A model generated the notes under the pieces. That model was not told the DNA's origin. It saw nothing but the letters and a program-made list of their open reading frames with translations, and searched no databases. A program made the translations under genes and the position numbers. From contig OZ059898.1 of assembly GCA_964057225.1 (NCBI GenBank), positions 7,998,001-8,062,000 of the forward strand: a stretch of 64,000 bases of DNA, written 5' to 3'. The stretch is from Auanema rhodensis. Taxonomy: Eukaryota; Animalia; Nematoda. Shown one piece after another: positions 53,021 through 64,000 of this stretch; positions within the stretch are counted from its first letter, which is position 1, and each line of letters begins with the position of its first letter.

Positions 53021-54564
53021 TATATCTATATATATATACAAATGTATGTATGTTTATACATCTTTATATTTTAATTAATTTAAATATTTATTTATTATAT
53101 AAATTAAAAATAAATTTTAAACTTAAAATTCAAATATTACTCTTTTGCAGCTTTTTTTCAAATTCCTGAAGATCATAACATACCGTCTTATCATTTATAT
53201 AGTATATGCATGTATGAACAAACGATTTGAAATTTATTTATATACATATAGTTAAGAATTTATATATATATTTAACTATATACATAAACATTATTTGTAT
53301 ATTTAAGTAATTATTAAATAATATCAAAACATTTGAAGAATGTTTATCCTTGGTTGTTGGTTATATTAATAAATTAGAATGTTAAGCTTTGATTATATGA
53401 GTTCAAATGATATAATTCAATAAAGAAAACCATTGGAAAAGGAAAAAGTCATGACGTTTTACGAAGAAAAAGCTAAGATAGAGAGAAACAATAATTCAGA
53501 AAGAAAAGCTAAAGTGAGCAAGAGCAATACATGAGATATACATAGAGAGAGAGCAAGAGAAAGAGACAGGGGGGCTTTTCAAAAATTTCATTTCATTTGA
53601 TATAAATGCTTTTTTTTGTGCTCAAGCTGCATGAGCATTCGTGCATGAGCATCATTTTTCTCTTACATGTCGACATCTCCATCGCATTCTTCTTCTCATC
53701 TTTCTTGTCATCAAAAATGTGGAAAACGCTATTGGAAGGTAAAAATATGCAGAGAATGTTTCCCTTGTCATCTGGTATATAGATATGTCATCGTCACACC
53801 ATCCATTCATTCAGCCAAGGTGTCACAGTCATCGTTCGTACATTTCCTTCTTCAAATATTCAGAATCATTTAATTTCTGTCTTCTTTATACCGTAAGGCT
53901 ATTTCTCAGACGATGTCTTTGATGACTGTCCTCGTCGTTCATGACATCGTCGTCATATACTCCTTATAAGGTTAACAAACCTAGTCTCTAGCATTGCCGT
54001 GAAGTTTCTCTCTTATCCTCTTTGCGATTCTCTCACTTTTGCTTTTTCACCCTTAATATAATAATATAAGGCATGATAGAATAGTGAATTCCAAGAGACT
54101 GAGACAATTGGAGGCAGATAGGCACGAGGTGGGATGAAAGAGATGGAAAATAATTTGTGTGAGAAATAAAGAGAGAAAGTTAAGAAACGAGGGAGACAGA
54201 TAGAAAATAGGGTCGTTTGACCGAGATATGAAATAACCCGTTCGTTCTGCAGATACTCCTTCATATCTCTCTGCCTCATTCTCGCTCTTCCACTCTCTCT
54301 CTTTCTCTCTTATATCTTCATAATTTTCTCATATTTCTTATGTTATCCTGTAAACCGTAATCAGTCGTTGAAGGAATATTTCGTATTTCGAATGACCGAA
54401 GCCCTAAATTCGGAATATTATCAACATAGGCGACCAGCTCTCTCTCTCTTTCTATCTCTCTCACTCTCTCTGTTTCTTTCTTTCTTTCTTTTCGCCCCTC
54501 TGTAACCCTCCCAAATTAAGTAGTCCTATTCTCTATCCTCTGTTTACTGATAATATTCATTTGA

Positions 54565-54595
<31 letters not shown>

Positions 54596-55449
54596 CAATT
54601 TAAATTTTTCATTTTTGATTTAAAAATTATATTTTATTATCAAATTGTTATTAATAGTTTACTGTAAACTTTATTTTACATGTTCACATTAGAAAAAAAA
54701 AACATTTTCAATCTGATACTAAAATGCTGTCAGTTTATTACTTCCTTTTGAAACTTTTTCTCTCTCTATCTTTCTCTTCTTATGACGAACCCGTTCATTC
54801 AAATCGTTCCCCAGCTGTTGAGCTTCTTCATCATATCCATTCCGGTCAAACATGTACTTACCTCGTTCTAGAAATCCATAAAAATCCAATAAACAATATC
54901 CAAAATGTCCATATAAGCTACATTATCATCAAAACCAGATATTTCATTACTAGTGTGTTTAATACTCTCATTAAAGCAAGCAATTATTGGCTTATTTTGG
55001 ATGATTTGATGCTCAAATACTTTGTATGTTCTTGCTTTCAATCTAATTTAGTTCATACGGTTTAAATCCCAGAGAACCAGGAAGAAAGTAGATAAGTCTA
55101 TTAGTTTCTTTATAGGAAAACGAGATTATTTGTATCCTTTATATAGTAAATTATATCTTCAATATCATTTCATGAGGTTTTCAATTCAATTAGCAACATT
55201 TACAATCATACTTGTATATACATATAGTATACATAGTATATAGTATTCATCTCACCTCATTTAACCCCACATTTCCTGGTTTTATTGTTTTCTAAAACTT
55301 TCCAGAATATTGCCTATTGTATGAGAATAAGTAAAAAAATCTTAGAAAACAATACATATTTAATATTTATTATATGTATATAGTTAACTAAATGTATATA
55401 GTATTATTAATTTTATTTGTTCTAATATTCAATTGACTCTCCTTACCTT

Positions 55450-55484
<35 letters not shown>

Positions 55485-55781
55485 ATTTATCTCTATTTAT
55501 CTCGAATATCATGATCTATTATATATTTAAAATTAATTATGTTATTTTGATTATTAATTAAATTATTTTAATACTTTTTTTTTTAATTTTTTTTACAGTT
55601 ACCGATACGACGTGGTGTTTACTTCGCCTCAAAATTCTTGCATCATTCTCATCATCATCAGCTGCAACACTGTAGCCCACCGTTGTTGTCGTTGCTATCA
55701 ACGTCAACATCTGTTCATCTGAATTTCTTCTGTATTTATTGAATATTCTTTTAATATAATCAAAATAAATAAGAACAAATC

Positions 55782-58690
55782 ATGAACAGCGTAGATGTAA
55801 CAGCAAAAGTAAGTTCCTTTTCTTTGAGCATATCATATATAAATACAAATATTAGTAATTCTCACGTATTACATATCAGTATTTTTCATATATTTATCAA
55901 TTCTGTTATAATCCTTCATAAACAACATGTTCTGTTATCATTTCTTTCAAAAATTACAAGAAATTTTTTTTTAAACTTCAAAAGATTCTTATCATTTTCT
56001 CAATTTTCGCGATTCACTTTTATTCAAATCTAGATACTTCTTCTTATCTTGAATTAAACTTTTTCTTCATATTATTCATATACTTTTCTAGTTACTATTC
56101 CATATAACTATAATATCCTGTTCACCTTTTTTTTGTTTTTTTAACCAAATACATATTTATTTCTACTCATTTTCATCTAAATAATGAAAAAATACCTTTG
56201 TGTTAAGTTTTTTTTAGAAAAAAAGAACAATTGACAGCTCAATTCCTTTATTTGCTTTATAATTCGTAGTTTGTCTTTTCTTTTCTTTAAAATATTTTAT
56301 TTTTTCATTTTCTTTTACAAATCATTAAATAGAAAATTATTTTATACTAAAACATGTATATCCTACCACTTTATCAATCAATGTCAAACATTACATTATT
56401 CAGCTGTTTATATATGCTATTTTCAAACTTTTTTTTCAACAATATGTCCATTTTATATACTCATCTCATATCATTTTCTAAGTATTTATTATTTTAAAAA
56501 GTTAAAATTTTTTCAAAAAAACTTAACTATGTTAATCATAAAATAAATATATTTCCTTCTTACTCATTCTCCATTCGCTCTAGAATAATCAAACTTCCCA
56601 CATGTTTTAGGTTTTACAAGCATCCTTTCTCTTCTCATTTTCTCTCTTTATCTATAATTCTTTATCAATCTTAAATACTTATTTTCTTTTAGTTCATCGG
56701 AAATATTTTTCTGATAACAATGATTGACTTTGTGAAGCTTTTTTAAAATTAAATATGTCATTTACATAAGTATTTACAATTTTTTTTTATAAATTTTATT
56801 TTAAATTATTCAGGTTTGCCAATATTTGGAAGATATGGTGATAAGCAATGTTAGGTATGTTCCGAAAGAATATTAAAAATGTATTTTATTTAATCAAAAA
56901 GTTAAATTAAATTGTTTTAAATCACTATTTCATATGATTTCTATGATTTCTATCTCTTTTCTTTTTAATGTTTGCTCATTTTATCGTCTTAATCTTCTTC
57001 TCTAAGTCTCAATTCATCTCACCTTTATTCGGCCTTTTGTCTCCAAAAGTGGTTGGATGAGCTCTCAAGAGTGCGAAGCAGCCTGTGCTCGTCATTTGTG
57101 CTCCGCCTACCCAAAGACTGAGCAACTTGACCGGCTTAACCGGCCTTCTTTCCGGTCATCATGCATTTTATGAAAAAGATAATTCACTTATTTTAATTTT
57201 TCTCTTTAAAATATTATTTGTAATTTATAAATAAATGTATATTGATTGAATCTAGATATATTATTTTATAATTTAATTTTTTTTCAATTTTCAGCACAGC
57301 AAACAAAACGGCATCATTACAGAGGTTGAGAGGTCCGGGCCAGGTAAAATCTTTTCAAATGATTTTTTATGAAAAATTAAAATGTTTGATGAGAAACCAA
57401 AAAATTTAAACATGTTTGGTTTACTGTTGAACGTTCATGTTTATACTCAATTTCAGAATTTTAAATATTTTTTTTTGAATTTCTTTTATTTATTTAATTA
57501 ATTTGTTTCAGCCTTCAATGGACCCTCTGCAGTTTATAGCTCCTCCTCAAACAGGGCTTGATATGGCTGAGAAAGCTAAACAACTTGTTACTCTGACCGA
57601 ACAACAGAAGAAAATTCGCGGCATTGAGATGGATAAGAATAAGGTTTGTCTAAAATATAATTAATATTTATTTATTTATTTCAGCAACCACATGCACATT
57701 TTGAAGAAGAATGGCAGTCAGATTTGGATACATGGCGGCGAAAACGAAAGAATCGACTTTCGGCTGAAACTGAAACAGACACAACGAAATCATCCTCAAT
57801 AGAGCTTTCATCCAAAAATTTTCAATCGGAAAAGACTGCGGAAAGCGGTTCATCGTTATCACCTTCATCATATCGCTCATCGACGGGATCGATCAATCCA
57901 CCAGAGTTTCGTGAAATTCAAACTTATTCTGTAAGTTTAAATCATGAATATACTAACATTTCAATTGAAATCTTTTTTTTTAGCGAAAGAAAACGGAAAT
58001 GCATGGAATGTACACAGATGATGATTCAGAAGATTATGCCAGCGATTATCACAAGGTCAGCTCAAACTTTGAATTTTCCAGCAAAAAACTGCCAATTTTT
58101 GGTCATTTTTTTAAAAATGGAAATATTTGTTTAAAGTATCATTATTACTATATGTATACATATAGTTAAGTATATTTGAGAGTAACACTATAACCAATGA
58201 AAAGGGAAGACAATTTTAATTTAAAAAATGAAAATGTTTCATCGTTATCAATTTTTCAAAAGAATTTCCTTTTAAAAAGATTAATATATATTATATATTA
58301 TATATGATATATGATATACTACCTATTTATATGGACCATATTATATATCTTTTGATAAGACAACATATAAGAAAAAGGAAAAAGACTTTAAGAAAGAGAG
58401 AGTTTCCATGATATTAATTATTGTTGGAATGATTAGGATATTTGATAATAGATGAAGAAGAAACTATTCCTCCCGTTCATTATAACCTTTGAGATCTTTG
58501 TCAATTTCTATTCCTCTATGCCCTGTTAGACGACTGATCGAGATGTATCTTCAGGAGCATTTAGGTCACTTTCACTCAAAAATCTAAGAGATTCGTCATC
58601 ATTATTATCATCACTATATGTATATCCATTATATGATAACATGAATATCTGCTGTTCGTTTAGAGAGATCATCATATTCCCCTTTTCTTC

Positions 58691-58760
<70 letters not shown>

Positions 58761-61700
58761 GATATTCTCATCCTTTTCTTTACGTCTTCTGTAGGACATT
58801 GTTTCCTTGTTTCTCAATCATCGGCATTAGACAAATCTAATAAGGTTCACCTGTACATATCGCCTCAGCCTGATTTGGTTAAATTTGATCTACAACATCA
58901 ACTCTTTCTCACAAAATCTATTAATCTATTTTATTTATTTATTTAATAGAATACGGTAAGAATACAATGTATATTTTAACTCAATTTCAATATTGTTATT
59001 TCTTCTGAATTGCCAAACGTTCACATGAGCACAATATTTCGTTGACATGTTTTATTTTTTTTTCTTCTTCTTTTCGTCTCCATCACGCTTTTGAAGTATT
59101 CTGTTTGACTTCATTCTAAAATATTTTGGTCAAAATACGTTGACTATATGATCAAACATTACAATAGTTGTGTCTAGGTATTTTCTATTGAAGGTATTAT
59201 CTTCTTGATAAATACATTCTTTCTTTCTTTTTAAATTTTATCTCGTTTATACAAATAAGATAAGATGTATTTGGATTCTGATAATCTTACATGTGATGAT
59301 GATGCCTTGATGTGAGCGTGTATGATGTAGAAGTATGTGTGTGTGTCTCTGTGTCACATTGCTTCTGAGGTGAAATTTTGGTGATGTTTGCAGATAGAGA
59401 TGAAAAACTACGTCTTGTTATGTCTGTACTCTCATCTGAACTCATGATCTGTTCATTGCTTAACCGTACAAACAGATATTTGATGGCGGCAAAATGAAGA
59501 GACGGAAGGGAGTTGCCCAGTATGTCTGTTTCTGTTACGGCTTCTAAGACTGCTGCCATCAGAAGAGCTACCTTTGCCTGTTTCTCTCGGCTCCCTCCTT
59601 GCTGTATGAACGTCTGTAATCTCTGGAATTTCATCTCAACCTCTTCTGCCGTTCCTCACTTCTCCGTTATCATCTAACTGGCATCAACAAAGCTTCTCAA
59701 TCGACCCACTCTCCTTCTCTCTCCACCTCTTCGTCTTTCTTGCATGTAGAGAACATCATACAGGTGGAGTTGACATTCTGGAAAAAGCATCAGCAGAAGT
59801 TACCTTGCAACACAGACACACGTGCTCACGTCAACTGATAATCAAACTCTTCCAATCTACATACTCATATTGAATTCATATTATCTTAATATTATAATGT
59901 CATCAATGATCAGTCCTGTATCAACCACAGAAGATCAGAATAGTCCACTAGCCATTAACTGTTGTCCTGAATTCTGCGTCAATCCCAAATGTCCATTTTC
60001 GCCAAAGCATATTTCTGTTCTACGAATTCATATTTTTCCGGTAAGTATAAATAATTTGATTTGATTGAACTTCATTCAAGACTTATCATGTATATTCTTA
60101 ATCTTCAACTGAAATATTGAAGTGAAATTTCATATTTGAATCATTTATAATTCTATCATCATTTAATAGAAAGATTAATAAGAGAAAATGAGTGAAAGTG
60201 AAATTGTGAGTGAAAAGAGAAACGATCCTATGAAACGAAATTCTCGTCAAATTGCCAAGTTGCATTATCAGACATGAGTTTAACCGCCAATCATTTCTAT
60301 TTTCTATATAAGATTGATGCTAAAACTAAAGATTTTTAAACTTTTACTACCTCTATGATCGTATAAATTTAGAACAAAAATGATAACGATGCTTAGAAAA
60401 TGATAGTACAATCATTGTTTAGTCTATTTAATTTCTAATATAATTAATGATATAAAACTAGAATTTAAAAAAAAGAGAAAGTAAATAATTGCTTGTGCTC
60501 TAGAAAGGCACATGTCATCTTTCAAGAGTAAAAGTCTATAATGACAAGCATTTTTGAGACCGGAATTCGGGGAAACACATGTAGATAAGCTGATAAAAGG
60601 TTGAAACTTTTTTTTTGTTCAATTAATTGTATAACAAAAAGATTAGAAGGTAAAATAATTATGTTTAGCTATATAAACAAGAAATTATTTAAATTTATAT
60701 TTAATCATTATTTATAAAATAAAAGTTATAAATATAGTTTAATAGACTTCAATGCAAATAATCCAGTTTTATAAATCATATAGTATACTATTATAACTTT
60801 TTTTCCTTTGAAACAAAAAAAAAGTTTTCGAATCTTATGTCATGTGACCAAAACCAAAGTTTCACTAAAATAGAAAAATTAGCATAATTCACGTGATCTT
60901 GAACATGAATATCCGAATATGTTGGTTATGATCTCATTTTTTTAAAATTGATATACACGTAAACTACAGTTTTTCAATTCTCTCTCAGCTTTTTTTCTCT
61001 CCATTCTCGACTAACTTTCACCAGTTATACATCTTCAATTCATGTTTTTTACTGTTTTTTATTTGATCTAAGTTTATTTTAAAAATATTCTTAAATATAA
61101 AATTATTAAAGAAGAAAATCATTTTTTGGTTAATCAATTAAGGTTACACTCACACTCATACCAAGCAAAAGTTCAAGCTTGAAGTCAACTTGACTCGGGA
61201 AGCTTTCAAGCCTTCCGGCTTCACATTATTTTGGCAAATATTGACAGTGGCGAAGACGAAAACGGCTAGATATGCATTTGTCAATAAAATATCGAAGAGC
61301 AACGTTCGTTTGAATCATTTCACCAGCAGAGCATCAATTCATGTTTCTGATAATGATGATTCGTTTCAATTGTTATGAAACTAGTTATATTTTAAATGAA
61401 AATCATGAGGTAGATACAGATACATACCATGTATGTGAGCATGTTTCCTGGACATTCAATTGTCTCCGTTTTAGAAAGAAGAAAACGACTGATTTAAGCC
61501 GATCATCAGATAAGCCATACAATTTCGATATGAGGTTCGAAGATGAATAATAGACGACGAGAAAAGGGAAAGGCAGCATTCCATACACTTCGCAACTGTC
61601 AATTTGTCTTAAAGCTGTTAACGGAAATGTAACTGGTTGAAGTAGTAAAACATTACATGCTTATGAAATCTCTCTTCCAACAAGACCTCTTTCAAGTTGT

Positions 61701-64000
61701 GTTTATCCATTCTCTTTTGGTTTCTTTCTTTTCTCTATCTTTCTCGACGTCTTTCTTGAACATGAAACCTCTCTCATTATTTTTTGAATATGATTGATAC
61801 GTGGATGAGATAGAAAGCAACAGTACTCGAAAATGAGATTGAATGAGAAGAAGGAAAAGAGAAAGAATGTGGTAATACAAAACAATTCATAGAGGAAAAG
61901 AAAAAGAAGCAGAATTGACTACCATAATCCATATAATCCCATCGTTTTGTTCATGGCTCCTGCCTGTACGCAATCGTCTCCCCTGGAGGCAAATGTGACA
62001 ATGACATCCCACCCACCTCCATGTTAAACGATCTCTCTCTATCTCTCAATTTCTGTTTCTCTCTTCCTATCCTTATGTCATAGTGTCTTTTTCGATTTTT
62101 CTTTCGATTAAAATTCCTCCAACACTCTACATTAAACCATATTGTTTTATCTATATTTCTAACTTCTAGCTATATTCTCGCTACAACATACTCCCCCCTT
62201 CCGTCCCTCGGCTTTCTCTATCTATCTCTATCTCTCTTTTTCTTTATCCATATTTCACTTGTTTTTATTACAAAAACGAGAGAAAGAGATAGAAGAGAGT
62301 AGCAGTCACTCAGTCAGTTTGTCGTGTCAGTTAGTTAGTTCGACGACGTGGTCGTCATCCACGTTCTCGTCATCTGTATTGAGCAGACGACGTGTCCGTC
62401 AGGATACCCTTTTCTGATAACTTTCTGACAAAAATTATATTCAAGTCAATTGTATCACATTCATCCTTTTCTTCTTTTTTTAAAATATATTCATTCCACC
62501 TCATTGGAATTTCTATATTGATACAATCATGGATTGGAATCGCTTGGAACGCCTTGAATCCATCGACCCCACTTCCCAAAGTCTGCAACAGATTTCTCAT
62601 CAACTTGGTCTCGGTTCATCAAACCGTTTCCGTTACTTTGAGATTGAAAATCGTCCCGGTCTATTAGAAATTCGAGCTAGTTCATCACTTCGTCAAGGTC
62701 CATTAGACATGCCTCTTATTGGTGGACGTAGACCGTTAAAACAGGTGAACCGATAATCTTTGAGCATAATTAATAATCAAAGTTGATTTATAAAATATAA
62801 ATGTATATTGTATATATAATTTATTTTTTTTAATAATTTTCTTATTGGTCAAATCAATGATTCATATTATTTCCCACGTAGGTTTTTTTGTTTGAAAATT
62901 ATGATATATAATCCATTCAATTATATTATATATATGTGAATAATTTGATGACCTATCATATATATTTTTCCGGTTTTATTTCAAAGCCTCTCATATAAAC
63001 TTATTTTCTAGTTAAAATGATATTAATGTTCTCATCTTTCCTTATGTAAGAAACTCGAGAATCAGATTTTCGAAGTTTAACACATATTTTCATATATCAA
63101 AATATGTCAACCAGTCATTTGCTAGATCATTTAGTCGTGGTAGTTAATCCGCCGAAATCTACTACTTTTTCAATTGAAATCGTTTCATATAAACCACTTT
63201 CATAATCAATCATATAAATAGTATAGTATAATATATATATGATATAGTACATACATACATACATACATACGCAGATTTTATTTCAAAACGTTGTCATATA
63301 TAGATTTTTTGATTTGTCGTTTTGCCAAAATCACAGAATATTTCATTTCAATTTGACTATATTTTTAACGAAAATTATTTAAAAATGCGTATAGTTCGCT
63401 TTGCTTTAGAAGAGAAGGTTTGTTTTAAATATTTCAATTTATTAAATTATGCCCATAATTTATTCGTAAACAACAACAAGTATAAATAAGATTATAACAG
63501 ATTACAATAGTCTCATAAGCCATATTATCAGTAAAAACAACAAATAAAGAAATATTATTAAAATTAGTTGAATTTAATTATAATTTTCTTAATTTCAGAA
63601 TTCGAAGGAAGAAATTCTAACAATCCGTTCTCCCGCAGCTGAGGAGAATAACGATTCTGGCATAGAAAATAATCGTAACAGCAGCTCTCATTCTCCTTCA
63701 ACTTCTTTGGATTTCTCGCCAAGAAGTATATTTTCGTTTTTTTCTTCATGACATTCTAATTTTGAATTTAGGTACGGACTTTCTTTCACCAAAGAGTCAT
63801 TCATCTTCTTCTGAACATCTTCCACCACCGCCACCACCACCATCACAACCACCTGTAGAATCTCTCACTTCTACTCAATCAATCCAAACTCGTCAATTGG
63901 ATCAAGTAAGCTTTCAAAAATTAAATGATTGTTTATTCTTATATATTAGGTATTGGTTCCTGTGTCTACTACTGGTTCCTCTTACGTGCGTAGACCATCA
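55782..64000 (+). CDS. lim-8: LMO7/LIMCH1/Smallish-family protein, 5' part (continues beyond window)
   Basis: Exons 55782-55808, 56814-56854, 57295-57343, 57512-57643, 57684-57930, 57984-58055, 63599-63725, 63772-63905 and 63950 onward, in frame. MDPLQFIAPP...AEKAKQLVTLTEQQKKIR...EEEWQSDLDTWRRKRK resembles the DUF4757 region. PDZ/LIM domains are not in the window, so the symbol is inferred. Confidence 0.75.
58695..58758. repeat. (TC)n microsatellite
   Basis: 32 TC units in an intron. Confidence 0.97.
59897..60040 (+). CDS. Candidate alternative first coding exon of the LMO7/lim-8-like gene
   Basis: MSSMISPVSTTEDQNSPLAINCCPEFCVNPKCPFSPKHISVLRIHIFP, then a perfect GTAAGT donor in phase 0, compatible with acceptor 63599. 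Confidence 0.55.
62529..62744 (+). CDS. Candidate alternative first coding exon of the LMO7/lim-8-like gene
   Basis: MDWNRLERLESIDP...LIGGRRPLKQ (72 codons, coding-like composition), CAG|GTGAAC donor in phase 0, compatible with acceptor 63599. Confidence 0.65.

Noticed and set aside
57055-57121. Box C/D snoRNA (TGGATGA...CTGA)
   Set aside because: Imperfect C box, no terminal stem and no recognisable rRNA guide of 10 nt or more
32960-58946. ORFs with YIYIYI, LSLSLS or Phe/Ile-rich content (32960, 40619, 46171, 50368, 50382, 58641 and others)
   Set aside because: Translations of microsatellites and AT-rich non-coding DNA
1-64000. tRNA, rRNA, SL RNA genes, TTAGGC telomere arrays, DNA-elimination break motifs, horizontally acquired bacterial genes
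   Set aside because: None seen by eye. All genes are intron-rich host types. Elimination motifs are too degenerate to call without a PWM and coverage data

Overview
Eukaryotic, very AT-rich, intron-dense nematode DNA. Introns are mostly 40-60 nt with TTTCAG-type acceptors, and trans-splice-like acceptors sit next to ATGs. Gene content points to a clade V rhabditid. The ORF track is mostly fragments or noise, so genes were rebuilt by hand from splice signals. Left half (2-31 kb), gene-dense: two tandem secreted EB-module/Cys-rich matrix paralogues; a large unidentified multi-exon gene with propeller and coiled-coil character; MOCS2A/moc-4 (absent from the ORF track); HIRA; MRPS34; a CRAL-TRIO/GOLD protein; ZMAT2/snu-23; OST3/6 (MAGT1/TUSC3); ACBD6/acbp-5; BolA2; and eIF4H/drr-2. 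Several form probable operons. Right half (31-64 kb), gene-sparse and microsatellite-rich: the three-exon neuropeptide gene flp-15, a mir-46 (miR-281 family) hairpin, a 164-bp mariner-like MITE, and the 5' part of an LMO7/lim-8-like gene with three candidate alternative N-termini. I found no convincing wholly new system. The best leads are the unassigned gene with a uORF-packed leader, the EB paralogue pair with swapped low-complexity linkers, the flp-15/mir-46 pair, the lim-8 isoform design and the MITE. C. elegans locus names are quoted from memory and need checking.
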